The notes beneath the pieces are model-generated. The model saw nothing but the letters and a program-made list of their open reading frames with translations. It had not been told where the DNA came from and did no database searches. From the NCBI RefSeq assembly GCF_001194135.2, contig NC_068987.1, forward strand, positions 47,817,420-47,881,419: a stretch of 64,000 nt of DNA. The letters run 5' to 3'. The position numbers were made by a program, and so were the translations under genes. The first letter of the stretch is position 1; every line of letters starts with the position of its first letter. The DNA is from Octopus bimaculoides. Its lineage: Eukaryota. Positions 1-13,537 of the stretch are shown in pieces.

Positions 1-2598
1 ATAGTTTTCTATCCTTATCGAGAAATTTGATGATAGGGAGGAAGAGCTACAGTCCTGTGACGTAGAAGGTAGCTGGGAATTGCTGCAAGACAGCTTGCTG
101 AGTGCCACAGACCAAATCTGTGGCTGGTGCAAAGTCCCTTCCAGACCCAGGGTAACATGGTGGTGGGACAATACTGTAGACAGGGCTATTAGAGTAAAGA
201 AACAGGCTTGGAATGCCTGGAAGAGTGGGGGTAGCAGGAGAATGTATCAGATAGCCAAAAGGGAAGCTAAGAGACAGGTATATATTGCCAAGGGAGTAGC
301 AGAAGAGAAGAAGTTTGCCAATGTTCAGCGATATGAGGACCAAAGAACTGAAGTATTTCGGATTGCAAGACAGTGTGTGGAAGAAAACCATGATGTCATA
401 GGAGAGAAATGCATCTGCATAGATGAGGGTGCTCTTACATTTAATGATTCTGCAAAGAAAGAGGCTTGGAGAAGCTATTATGAAAGACTGCTGAATGTGG
501 AGAATGAATGGGAGGAGGAGAGTCTGCCAAAGGTTGACCCAATTGAGGGACCAGCTATCTGAATCAACAGCACCCAAATAGATAAAGCAATTACCTGGTC
601 CATCAGGAATCACCGCTAGGATGATTAAAATATTGGGTGGTGTGGGTTATGGTCTTGTCACCCGCATCATAAACCAGGTAGTTCATGATTGAGTCATACC
701 CAATGACTGGTGTAGCAGCACCATAGTCAACTGTTACAAGAGGAAAGGTGATGCTTTAGATAGAAATAACTACAGGGGCATCAAATTATTGGATCAGGTG
801 ATGAAAGTTACAGAGAGGGTCATAGCCCAACTAATTAGGGAGAGAGTTAGCCTAGATGAGATGCATTTTGGTTTTGTGCCAGGCAGAAGCACCACTGATG
901 CTATATTTCTGGTAAGGCAACTGCAAGAGAAATACCTAGCCAAAGATAAATCTCTGTACTTCGTTTTTGTTGACTTGAAGAAAGCCTTTAACAGGGTCCC
1001 CCAATCCCTTATCTAGTGGTCAATGCGGAAACTGGGGATAGACGAGTGGTTGGTAAGGGCTGTACAGGGATGCTGTCAGTAAGGTGAAGGTTGGCAACAA
1101 GTACAATGAAGAATTCTGAGTAGAAGTAGGGGTTCAACAAGGATCAGTCCTCAGCCCCCTCTTATTCATTATAATCCTCCGGGCAATAACAGATGAATTC
1201 AAGACAGGCTGCCCCTGGGAGCTCCTCCATGCTGATGACCTTGCTCTAATAGCTGAGTCACTGCCAGAACTGGAGACAAAGTTTAGGGTGTGGAAACAAG
1301 GTCTAGAATTGAAAGGCCTCAGAGTTAACCTAGCAAAGACCAAAGTCTTAGTAAGGCTGTCAAATCACAACTCCCTGCTCGATCTGTAGAAAAGGCATGG
1401 GTAAAAACTCTATATGATGTACCCAGTGTAAGCTTTGGACACATAAAAGGTGCCTCAATATCAAAGGAAGGTTAATTGGGAAAATAGATTTTGTGTGTGG
1501 CAGATGCACCGGGGCAATAAACACTGAAGATGAACAGAAAACAGATTACATCACATTCCAGGGGGAAAAACTAGAAGTAGTTAATAGTTTCCGCTACCTA
1601 GACAACCAAGTAGTGGTTGTCTACCCTCCATGTAGTGGGGGTAGCTACTCTGAGAGTGTAGTGATTAGAGTAACAATAGCCTGGGCAAAGTTCAGGGAGC
1701 TCCTACCTCTGCTGACAACTAAGGACCTCTCGCTCAGGGTGAAAGGTAGAATGTATGATGCATGTGTGCAAACTGCCATGCTACACAGCAGTGAAACATG
1801 TACTATGAATGCTGAGGACATGCTTAGGCTTGAAAGAAATGAAGCTAGTATGATCCGCAGGATGTGCTATGTCAGTGTGCATACACGACAGAGTAAAAGT
1901 TCCCTGATAAAAAAGTTGGGCATTAGAAGCATCACATGTGGTGTGCAAGAGAGGCATCTGCGCTGGTATAGTCATGTGTTATGTATGAATGAAGACAGCT
2001 GTGTGAGGAAGTGCCATTCCCTAACTGTACAAGGAACCTGTGGAAGAGGTACCCCAGGAAGACATGGGATGAGGTGGTGAAGCATGACCTTTGAACATTG
2101 GTAATGTTCAGAGGCAATGATGGGAGACCAGGACCTTTGGAGATATGCTGTGATTAAGAAGACCTGGCAACTAAAGTGCGATCACAGTCACACATGTCCA
2201 GCCCTGTTAAGAGTACCCCTGATGCGTTGGGCAATATCATATGCTTGAGAAGACCTGTTGAGTCAAGTGAAACCAATATCGTAGCTGTGGCCAGTGCTCC
2301 CTGACTGGCTCCCGTGCCAGTAGCATATAAAAAGCACCAACCAACTGTGGCCGATGCCAGCACAGCCTCACTGGCTCTTGTGCCGGTAGCACGTAAAAAG
2401 CACCATCCGAATGTGATCGATGCCAGTACTGCCTGACTGGCTCCCATGCCAGTGGCACATAAAAAGCACCCACTACACTCTCGGAGTGGTTGGCGTTAGG
2501 AAGGGCATCCAGCTGTAGAAACATTACCAGATCAGATTGAAGCCTGGTGCAGCTGCTGGTTCTCCAGACCTCAGTCAAACCATCCAACCCATGCCAGC
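1..2598 (+). mobile_element. Degraded RTE-clade LINE (RT region plus 3' UTR); 5' part lies outside the window
   Basis: ORF pieces 80-562, 789-1016 and 1493-2080 show RT features (GFVPGRSTTDAIFLVRQLQEKY, FVDLKKAFNRVP, QGSVLSPLLF at ~1138, LHADDL at ~1225 for YADD, C-terminal LRWYSHV..CVRKC). Several stops and frameshifts. The 3' UTR matches other RTE tails in the window. Confidence 0.9.
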
Positions 2599-3059
2599 TT
2601 TATTGCCAATTCTTCAACTGATAATGCAGGATTTTCTTCAAGTAATGCCTCAAGGAGCTTATCATCAAACTCGACTGGACGTCCTGTTCGATCTTCATCT
2701 TCAAGGCTGAAATCTCCACTTCTGAATTTTGCAAACCATCTTCTGCAAGTTCTTTCATTCAAGCATCCTTTCCCATAAACTGAGTGTATGTTTCGGGTTG
2801 CTTCGGCTGCAGAGTTTCTTTTTTTGTACTCATAAAGCATTATGTGCCTCAAATGCTCTTTGGATACTTCCATGTTAGAAAGGGTTTTAATCAAAGAAAT
2901 TTTAACTCTATTATTCTGTAAAATAATATTTAATTAGTTTAAATGTACACAAATGCATAAAAATAATTTTTAATTCCATAAGACATTCTAAAATACTATT
3001 AAATCTCATTCAATTTTAAAAAAGGTAAAATCAGACAGAACTTATGGGATGACCTGATA
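2598..3059 (-). mobile_element. Mariner 5' fragment (N-terminal HTH) with one TIR
   Basis: MEVSKEHLRHIMLYEYKKRNSAAEATRNIHSVYG..CRRWFAKFRSGDFSLEDEDRTGRP is a mariner N-terminus. The TIR-like end reads TATCAGGTCATCCCATAAGTTCTG on the minus strand at ~3035-3059. It abuts and truncates the RTE tail. Confidence 0.88.
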
Positions 3060-3171
3060 TATGATATATACTTTTATTTTATCATTCCATTACATGTTAA
3101 GCCCCACACTTTACGTCTGTCTTTGTATTGTCCCCCTCATCCTTTGCCCTGGTGGCAAATAAAAGAAATCA

Positions 3172-3225
<54 letters not shown>

Positions 3226-3270
3226 TATTATGGACGGAGTAATTCTTTATTTCTTTATTGTTAATTTCAG

Positions 3271-3476
3271 ATCGCAATCCAACTTCAACACACCTACCCT
3301 TGGCCAAGACTAAATGTACTCCAGAGGAAGAGGTTCTTTTCATGAACAAACTTGATGACCTAGTAACTAAATTTAGCAAGAATTCCAGTGGTGATACACT
3401 GCCAGGCCCTGGCACAACAGAAGATGGTGAATATGCTTCATCCAGCTCATCATCAACCCCTAAATACAGCCCATAG
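3271..3476 (+). CDS. Probable terminal coding exon of an unidentified gene whose upstream exons lie before the window
   Basis: Pyrimidine tract and TTTCAG acceptor end at 3270, followed by a non-repetitive open frame (D)RNPTSTHLPLAKTKCTPEEEVLFMNKLDDLVTKFSKNSSGDTLPGPGTTEDGEYASSSSSSTPKYSP ending in TAG at 3476. Phase-1 acceptor. No family recognised. Confidence 0.55.
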
Positions 3477-3499
3477 ATCAACAATGACATCATGAACAC

Positions 3500-3815
3500 A
3501 CCTCATATATCTCGTCACCTCAACAATGAAGATCATGATGACAACAACAACAATAATAATATTATTAATATGACAGTGATGATGACGGGAATAATGGAAG
3601 CGATAATTACAAGTACAATGATGATAATGAGGAGGAGGAGGAGGAGGATGACAATGACATTGACAATGACGACGGTCATGTTGACAAGAATTAAAATGAT
3701 AATGACAATGACAAAAACAATAACAGTGATGATGATAATAAAGATAATGTTGACAACAATGATTATGATGATGACAGTGGTGATGATGATGGTTATAATG
3801 ATAATTATTTCTTAT
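3500..3815. repeat. Degenerate (ATG/ATA/AAC)n trinucleotide low-complexity tract
   Basis: Runs of gat/aat/aac/gag; source of the spurious His/Met-rich ORFs. Confidence 0.85.
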
Positions 3816-4455
3816 GTAGCAGGCATGAAATCTACATATAAATGGTACAGTGAAACAAAAATGAGATTGTGTGATGTTCAAACTTTTCCTGAGAACATTA
3901 GTGATATAAACAAAATGAAACAGTGAGATAACTCCAACCAAGAACTGAACTTTGATTGCAAACATATCTGTATGATAGGGAAGAATAGTAATGATTTGTA
4001 ACATTAGAATAAAGATTACTCTCATAATCATATTAGTAATAATACTAATAATGTTAATAATATTAATTTCATGTTTGATAAGGGAATTCAGTTGAAGGTA
4101 TTTACGTATGCCATCAAACACTCTAAGTTCAAATCTTGCCAGAAGCTTTCATCTCTTCAAGGCTTGATAAAATAAGAACCAGTAATCTACTGTTATCATT
4201 TTCAGTAAGATGTTTGCCTGTGTATTAAACTTGGCCTCAGTGGCTCAACCAAATACAACAATAGGAACAAAAAATAACAATTTTTTTGCCTTTTTTTTCC
4301 TGTCCTTGCACAAAGGCCATACTTAAAACAGTATTTCACAGATTAATTAGCACACTGACACAAATATTTGTATGAGAGAACTATAGTTCATGCTAAAGAC
4401 CACTACACTGTATTATAGACACATGTGTGCACCCACTCATACATGTGTGTGCGCG

Positions 4456-4492
<37 letters not shown>

Positions 4493-4641
4493 ATACACTT
4501 TCTGCTTAGAGTATCACCAGCTAAATACAACAGTACAAAGAAAACTTACCTTGATAATAATGCTAACAATTAGTAATGATAACAATAATTATTATTTTTT
4601 TATTTGCTACAGCAGATATATGACTGAATTAGGGTGTGTGA

Positions 4642-4683
<42 letters not shown>

Positions 4684-6057
4684 GTGTGTGTGTGTGTGTG
4701 TGGAGAGAGAGAGAGAGAAAGAGATTTAGTAATACAATCAAGTAAAATAGAACTCAAACATGAATATATATATATATTTCTACTTTTAATCATTAGAAAT
4801 TAGAAAGTGATTCAAGAGCCAAGAGTTTTGTGCTTGGCATTTATCAAAGAGCCATACATGAAACTCTTGGCCCTTGAGTCACTTTGTAACTTCTGCTGAC
4901 AGAAAATAAATAAATGAATAATATGTATATATATAATATATTTATATATATCATAAATGTCATGAAAAAGATAACACAGAGTAGACAAGTTTTAACAAAT
5001 ACTGTATTAGCTTAATGCATATATGTATGGGTAATGTGATGTTCTTGCTGCTACAGGTCTGCTTGATGTTGATGAGATTAGAACAGGACATATTCAAATG
5101 ACCCTGGTTACAACAAGCATATAATCTAGTTTGTATCCTCTCACTCCATTACTAGCCCCAACATTTTGCTTTTCTTTCTAATCACATTATTGTGTTTCTG
5201 TTCAGAATGTCTTTGGAATGGTCAATTTGTATTTACACCTCAATGTTCAAGCTTATTCCAAACTTCTTTTCTGTCAGAGATAACATCTCATGCACCATTT
5301 CCTTAAATGCTTTCATTGAATCCAAAGCCATCCTAGAATAAATCATGAACTATGTTTTTGACCAATTCCTTTGCTATATAATGAGGTATCAGTAAATGCT
5401 CGTCTGTTTTCTACTCAGTGATAGCCTGACCACTGATATTTTTGATATTCAGTACTATTTCTATAATCTCTTAAATGGGACTTCTGTTCATGTTATCTAT
5501 ATGTTAGGCCATTTATCCCTTCCTTACTACTTTCACAAATCCGATACTGAAGAGTTGCACTCAACTTTGCATCTGGATGTGTAGGCAGTTATCCTCCTTT
5601 GCCCTTTATTTCCTGTAATAGTCTGATGCCAGTTTCTGGTCTTCACACCTTTGCAGCCATCTCTATACATCATGCACTGAGATTTTCATTTCCTTTCCAA
5701 AGCTCATCATTATTATTATTATTGTATTGCTGTTATTACTGCTGCTACTATTATTGTTAATTCTGCATTGGCTGCTGCTGTTGCCATAGTTGTTTCCCAA
5801 CTTGTTATTGTTCCTATTTTTCTTGATGTTATGGTTAATCTTATTCTTGTTAATTTTGTTGTTCTTGTTACTGCTGCTGTCATCTCCATTTCATACACTA
5901 CCACAGACATTGCTGGTGGTCAGTAATGTAGTTGCTGCCATTTTTATTAGTGTTAACACCAGCTTCATAACTAGCTATTGTTGGCTTTAAGTTGTTGACA
6001 AGATATCTGTTAACACAACTACAATACTCCCTTTATCCCCTGCCAAAATGATTTTAA

Positions 6058-6263
6058 CGCTTTAGCATTCAGATTACTCTGTCAAATGTAATGCTTATTT
6101 ATTAACATTGTTTTGAATTAATCATGCATTATCTCATAGTTTTGAGATTTTATATTTTTAGAATGACATTGTAGGGTAAGTGTGAGATACCACATCTGGC
6201 TGGTTTGAACATAAAACAGGTAGAATAATTGGGCTGTACATGGCCAATTTAAATGCTAATGGG
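6058..6263 (+). mobile_element. piggyBac-type MITE, copy 1
   Basis: TTAA|CGCTTTAGCATT...AATGCTAATGGG|TTAA, with TTAA at 6054-6057 and 6264-6267. Same family at 25407 and 44402. Confidence 0.8.
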
Positions 6264-6570
6264 TTAATGTATTCATCATAGTTGAATTTCTTTTACTATA
6301 AAATCTCTTACAGCTAACTACTACTTTGTTTGTAGTTGTAATTGTAGTAACGTACAGCTTATCTAAACAAAAAAACATCTACTAAGTTTGTATTTATAAC
6401 ATTTTACAGAACTAAGACTGAACAACAGAATGATGGAAATAATTATGCCAGAGTGAATGTCTTATATTTTATTGAAACTATTAATATTCTGAGTTCAAAT
6501 CCTGCCAAAGTTCACTTTAACTTCCATTGTTTCAGTCTTACTAAAATGACTACCAAGTCAAATCTGTAGG

Positions 6571-7052
6571 CAGGACTGGCCTTAAGCCAATTGGACTGAT
6601 TGCTTCCAATCGGGCCCCGCTTTCAAGTAGGCTACATCCTATACTGCAGCATTTCATGAAGGTGGTCTCCTTGAAGTTTAAATAAAATCTGCATAAAAAT
6701 ACTCCTTAAAAAAAACATACTTTCTACACTTTAGCAACATAAGATACCAAAAGAAAGATATCAAAAGAAAAACCCATTCATCCAAAATTGCTTGGGTCAG
6801 CCTTGCTTGTATTTTTAGTGTAAGGGTCAATTGTATGTATGCATGTGTGTATGTGAATGTTTGGGAATGTTTATGGGCATGTTTGGGTAAAATATTTGTG
6901 TGTGTGTGTGTGAGTATGTTTGTGGTTTAAGTGTATGATGAATTGTACGTATATATGTGTGTGTGTATGTTTGTGTGTGTGAGTTGCTATAAATATGCTT
7001 TGTATATGTTTAATTTTGGGAAAACTTTATTTCAATTAAAGTGTATTTTATA

Positions 7053-7094
<42 letters not shown>

Positions 7095-7729
7095 CTGACT
7101 GGCCCCAGTGCCAGTGGCATGTAACAAGCACTATCTGAATGTGATTGATGCCAGGCCCGCCTGACTGGCTCCTGTGCCGGTGGCAAATAAAATACACTCA
7201 CTACACTCTCCAAGTGGTTGACGTTAAGAAGGGCTGTAAAAGCATTGCCAGATCAGATTGGAGCCTAGTGCAGCCGCTGGCTCTCCAGACCTCAGTCAAA
7301 CTGTCCAACCCATGCCAGCATGGAAAATGATGATGATGATATATATGTATATATTAAAGAAAGCAAAAAGTAAAACAAAAATGATAAAAGCAAAAGGCTG
7401 AATGTGTGCTCAGTATTTTGGCCACAAGAATTTCTGTCAAAGAAACATGGTTAAACAAAGGTGAAAAGTTCAATTATTTTTCATAGTGGTTTGGCTAAAG
7501 TCTTTGTATTTGTGTGAATGTATGCATATGTATGTTTATGCTTGTATGTATATGTATTTTTTAACGTGTGGTGAATTGTATACATACACACGCATATGTG
7601 TGTGTACAGTGAGAGAGAGAGACAGGGAGGTGAGATAAAATTTCTTGTCTCATGTTTAAAAGAGAAAATCTTTTTGCAATGACTCCCATTCAGGTTTTTG
7701 GACAAGCACAAACATAGCCACATACATAT

Positions 7730-7763
<34 letters not shown>

Positions 7764-8292
7764 AGAGGCCAATTGTAGGAGTCATTTGGTGTAACACCGT
7801 GGTGCTAAACCCAAAACTATACAGCTAAGAAACAGGCAGACAGAACTGTGTTTTCTACAACAGAGGTTATAGAAAAAGATACAAGGCAAGTATATAACCA
7901 GCTTCTGAAAAATTCTAATTATCAATTTGCTTTTTATGAATATCTCTTTTAGCGTAACATCATGCAACAGATAAAAGTTTCTTTGGGATCTTGTTAAATT
8001 TCTTTCCAGTTTTTGCCATAATATTTTTAAAATGTGTAGTCTAAATGTAGTTTCACTTACTGATTGTGAAAAGTTTTGGTAAATTTATAGTTTAACATCC
8101 AACTCAATTTTGGTAGGAAGTAATGCTTTATCCTCTTTTTTTTTTTTTTCTTGTGCTATCAACTAATCTAATCTCCTAATATGCCACAAATAATTTTTCC
8201 ACGGAAATCGGAGAGGGGGTGTAGGGTGAACCCTCAGAAATCCCCTACTCACCTCACCCAATTGAGCCCTGTACTTTCTAGGGCCGGCCCTG
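6571..8292. mobile_element. Non-autonomous hAT-type DNA transposon with 8-bp TSD
   Basis: Ends CAGGACTGGCCTTA and TAGGGCCGGCCCTG form an imperfect TIR. Identical TCTGTAGG at 6563-6570 and 8293-8300. Interior holds microsatellites and a nested RTE tail (~7092-7340). Confidence 0.8.
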
Positions 8293-8416
8293 TCTGTAGG
8301 TAGTGGTGGCGGGCTTGGGCAGTGTGACTGACTGTTCTCAACCAAAATTTACAAACTTGTGTCTGTAAGAAATTATCTAAACTCATTGTGTATGTGTGTA
8401 TTTACATAAATTTATA

Positions 8417-8728
8417 TATAACAAAACAGGAAGTTTGGAAAAGTTTTTGGTATTATTTGTTCACCATTACACATGTTTCATTTGCTAATAGGAATCACAA
8501 AGCTGTACATTATAGATAAACATGTAAGAAATTTCCTATGAAAATTTCTTCAGACAGAGAATCAAATTATATGTATTATTTGATTCTCTGTCTGGAGAAT
8601 TTCTAATAGGAAATTTCTTACAAGTTTATCCAATATGTACACCTTTCTGATTCCTATATGCAATTGAAACATGTGTAATAGTGAATAAATACCACCAAAA
8701 AAATTTTCCAACTTCCTGTTTTGTTATA
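8417..8728. mobile_element. Fold-back (palindromic) MITE-like element
   Basis: Arms of ~150 bp are reverse complements, from TATAACAAAACAGGAAG / CTTCCTGTTTTGTTATA at the ends to CAGACAGAGAATCAAAT / ATTTGATTCTCTGTCTG at the centre (~8572). TA-bounded. Confidence 0.75.
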
Positions 8729-9719
8729 CAATAACTCTGCAAACAATATTTCCAGAATGTTCAACTCTAATATGTACTTCACACCAATACAAAAACTGTC
8801 TTTCGAATAAGCAGATGTGCTTCAAGAGAACACAGCTTGAATTTTACCCTACTCTACATTATATGTATATATCAATGTATATGTACACATGCACACACAC
8901 ACATGCAAATGTATATATATATATATATAGTTTTGTAAGGAACAGTTTGATTGTGACATCGAAGTTTCAGCTTGCTAGCTTTTATCAGACTGTCTGCTGA
9001 AAGTTCATAGCCACTGTCAACCTTTTTCCTTGAAAAAGTTAATAGATATGTACTCTACCAAAAAATATTTAGTAATCCTTCAGTTTGATATTAAATTGTT
9101 TTTATATATAATTTTACCATTAATATACACACACACACATTATATATGTATGTGTGTGTGTGTCACCATCATCATCATCATTTAACAGTTTTTCATACTT
9201 TATTTCTATACAGGTACAAAAAATCTTCAATTTTCCTTCATTTCTTCTGGCTGATATTACTACAGTACAACTGTGTACACTACCAAAAGCGTTTTATTCC
9301 TATATATAAATATATTTCAGCTGTTGTTTTCGCAATGTTACTGTTGTTATTAATGCTGACATTAATATCATTGCACAGAAGGACAGTGGATGGGCAGAAG
9401 TAGTAGTCTTGCTGTAGTGGATTGTTTAAAGTCTGAGTTTTGAGACTCTACTCTTTATCATAGGTTGGCTGCAGGCAGGGGAGGTGGGAATCCATACATC
9501 GTTTAGTCTAGTTCTCCAGCATTTTAAACTACAGGTCTGTTATGTGCTGGTAAATTCTTTGCAATTCTACTCTGGAATTTGGTGTCCTTTCCTATTGGAG
9601 TCTTTCCACTCTACTTCAATCACTTATGTAATTGGATAAGGCATGAACATCCTAAGTTAGCATATTTTTCTCTTCAGTAATTCTGAGACTTCATGCTTGT
9701 TAGAAAGTATTGTTATTAT

Positions 9720-12700
9720 ATGGCAGTGGATTGATGGAATTGTTAGAGCATTAAACAAAATACTTTGTGGTGGGTTTTGTTTTTTCTTCAGCTCTTTACA
9801 TTCTGAGTTCGAAACTTGTTGAGGTAAAGCTTTACCTTTCGTCCTAGATAAAATAAAGTACCAGCTAAGTACTGGAGTCGATGGTATCGACTAAGCCACC
9901 ACTCAACAAATTTATGGCCTTGTGCCTACGCTAGAAATTATTGTTATTATCATTATTATTGTTAAAATGCTGCCAAGGTCAACTTTGCCTTTCATCCTTT
10001 CAGGGTTGATAAAATAAGTACCAGTTGAACACTTACTAGGATCAATGTAATTGACTTACCCTTTCCCCAAAAATTTCAGGCCTTTTGCCTATAGTAGGAA
10101 GAATTATTATTATTATTATTATTAAGGCAGCAAGTTGGCAGAATTATTAGTATGCTGGAGGGAATGCTTAGCTGTATTTCGTCCATCGCTATGTTCTGAG
10201 TTCAAATTCCACTGAGGCCAACTTCGCCTTTCATCCTTTTGAGGTCGATAAAATAAGTACCAGTTGAACATTGGGTCGATATAATTGACTCATGCCCACC
10301 TCCCCCAAGCTGCCCTTGTGGCAAAATTTGGAATAATAATTATTATTATTATTATTGTTATTGTTAATATTGTCAGACAAATCATATATATATATATATA
10401 AATATATATTGGAGATGACCTCCTCAAACATATCAAATAATAATGAACCAAAAAAATAAATGTATAATTGAAAACTAAAAAATTTTTAAAAACTATATAT
10501 GTAAAAATAACAGAAAAATTGTTTATCTAAACATTATTAAAATTGAAAATTTACTGGAGAAAAATAAACAATTAAATTTGTTAAAGCAATATAATGCAAA
10601 TAACAATTAAATAATAAAAAAACATTTTGGAAATTTTTAGACTGGTGATAATTCCAGGTAACGACAATACTAAAATTATATTTAATTTATTGTAAGAATT
10701 ATTTGTTCTATGAAAAAAAAAAAAAGACATCAAAATATCTGTTTCTGTAATCTTAACTTTTAGTGTGTTGGCTTAGTTATATTATTATTGTTGTTGCTGT
10801 TGTTAAGTTAGCGCCTCTTATTTTCTAATTCAAATGCCACAGAGATTGGACTTTACCCTTATCCTTCAGGGATTTGATCAAATAAGTGCCAGTTATATAC
10901 TAAGGTTCAGCTGAAGTGAAAATTTGTAGCTTTGCTACAGTGTCAAAAATTAGCTGAAATCGCTAAAGTGTCAGATGAAACATGTGGTATTTCATCTGAC
11001 TGGCTCTCTGTGTTCTAAGTTCATGGCTTTCTATGTTCTGAATTCAAATCCCACCAAGGTCAACTTTGGCTTCCATCCTTTCATAGTCAATAAAATAAGG
11101 TACAAGTCAAGTACTAGTATTCATAAAATGAAGTACCAGCCAAGTAATGTAATCAACCAACCCCCTCTCCCTATAATTGCTGGCCTCATATCTAAATTAT
11201 TATAATTATCATTGTTGTTATTATTATTATTATTATATTCCGACGAGGTTGACTTCGCCTTTCATCCTTTCGGGGTTGATAAATTAAGTACCTGTGAAAC
11301 ACTGGGGTCAATATAAGCAACTAGTCCCCTTCCCCCAAATTTCAGGCTTTGTGCCTTTAGTAGAAAGGACTTATTGTTATTAAAATGGTGAGCTGGCAGT
11401 ATCGTTAGCATGCCAGGCAAAATGCTTAGTAGCATTTCATCCCTCTGAGTTCAAATTCTGTCAAGATCAACTTCACCTTTCATCTTTTCAGGGTAGATAA
11501 AATAAGTACCAGTTGAACATTGGAGTCAGTGTAATTGACTTACTCCTCCTCTAAACACTGCTGGACTTGTGCCAAAATTTGAAGCCGTTATTATTATTAT
11601 AAAGGTGGTGAGCCAGCCGAATCATTAACGCGCTGGACGAAACTTTGCCTTTCATCCTTTCGGGGTTGATGAAATAAGTACCAGTTATGCACTGAAGACA
11701 GTGTAATCAACTAGCCCCCTCCCCCAAAATTTCAGGTTTTGTGCCTATTGTAGAAAGGATTAGTATTATTAGGGAGAAAATGGCAGTAGCATTCATCCAG
11801 CACTTTTGAATAAAAACAATGCTTCTGACTTTAAGGGCAGAATTGTTAGCATGCTGGGTGAAATGCTTTGCAGCATTTTGTCTGCTTTCATGTTCTGAGT
11901 TCAAATTCCGCCGAGGTCCACTTTGCCTTTCATCCTTTTGAGATCGATAAAATAAGTACTAGTCGAGTACTGGAATTNNNNNNNNNNNNNNNNNNNNNNN
12001 NNNNNNNNNNNNNNNNNNNNNNNNNNNNNNNNNNNNNNNNNNNNNNNNNNNNNNNNNNNNNNNNNNNNNNNNNNNNNNNNNNNNNNNNNNNNNNNNNNNN
12101 NNNNNNNNNNNNNNNNNNNNNNNNNNNNNNNNNNNNNNNNNNNNNNNNNNNNNNNNNNNNNNNNNNNNNNNNNNNNNNNNNNNNNNNNNNNNNNNNNNNN
12201 NNNNNNNNNNNNNNNNNNNNNNNNNNNNNNNNNNNNNNNNNNNNNNNNNNNNNNNNNNNNNNNNNNNNNNNNNNNNNNNNNNNNNNNNNNNNNNNNNNNN
12301 NNNNNNNNNNNNNNNNNNNNNNNNNNNNNNNNNNNNNNNNNNNNNNNNNNNNNNNNNNNNNNNNNNNNNNNNNNNNNNNNNNNNNNNNNNNNNNNNNNNN
12401 NNNNNNNNNNNNNNNNNNNNNNNNNNNNNNNNNNNNNNNNNNNNNNNNNNNNNNNNNNNNNNNNNNNNNNNNNNNNNNNNNNNNNNNNNNNNNNNNNNNN
12501 NNNNNNNNNNNNNNNNNNNNNNNNNNNNNNNNNNNNNNNNNNNNNNNNNNNNNNNNNNNNNNNNNNNNNNNNNNNNNNNNNNNNNNNNNNNNNNNNNNNN
12601 NNNNNNNNNNNNNNNNNNNNNNNAAGGTGATGTGCTGACAGAATCAGTAGCATATCAGACAGAAAGCTTAGCAGCATTTCTTCCAGCTCTTTACATCCTC

Positions 12701-13506
12701 AGTTCAAATTCTCGCAAGGTTAACTCCGCCTTTCATTCTTTCTAGGTTAATAAAATAAGTGCTAGTTAAGCACTGAGGTCAATGTCATCAACAAACCCCC
12801 CCCCACTCCCATCTCCTAAAATTTCTGGTCCTGTGCCAAAATTTGTAACTATTATTATCATTTCTATTTTCCTTTCTTTTCCTATGTTACCTGTGTCGTG
12901 TTTTAGCTTCTTCCTGCAACTTAGAGGCGCAACACTTTTCTCAACACATGCTGTTCTAAGTATTGCTGCCAACCATGTACTTCCTATGATGCTTATTATT
13001 TGCAGCTTTTCATGCCAAAATATTGCTTTCTTCTTCTTTTGATGATGATGATTAATATTATTAAGGTGGTGAGCTGGCAGAATTGTAGCATGCTGGGAAA
13101 AATGCTTAGTGTTATTTCTTCTGTCTTCACATTCTGAGTTCAAATTTTGCTAAGGTTGACTTTGTCTTTCATCCTTTCACGGGCAATAAAATAAATACCA
13201 GTCGAGTACTGGGGTCAATGTAATTGACTATCTCTCTCTTCCAAATTTCAGGCCTTGTGCCTTTAGTAGAAGAGATTACTATCATTATTATTAAGATGGT
13301 GAATTGGCAGAATCATTAGCACACTGGACAAAATGCTTAGTGATATTTCATCCGTCTTTACGTTCTGAGTTCAAATTCCACCAAGGTTGACTTTGCCTTT
13401 CATCATTTCTGAGTCGATAAATTAAGTACCAGTTGTGTACTGGGGTCGATCTAATCGACTGGCCCCCTCCTTCAAAATTTCAGGCCTTGTGCCTAAAGTA
13501 GAAAAA

Positions 13507-13537
<31 letters not shown>

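Noticed and set aside
3453-4121. His/Cys/Met-rich ORFs (also YI-rich 57631-58287 and Phe-rich 36216-36632)
   Set aside because: Translations of trinucleotide, AT or purine-rich low-complexity DNA.
5057-5125. Possible small exon after CTACAG (GLLDVDEIRTGHIQMTLVTTSI*)
   Set aside because: Short, weak pyrimidine tract, no recognisable homology.
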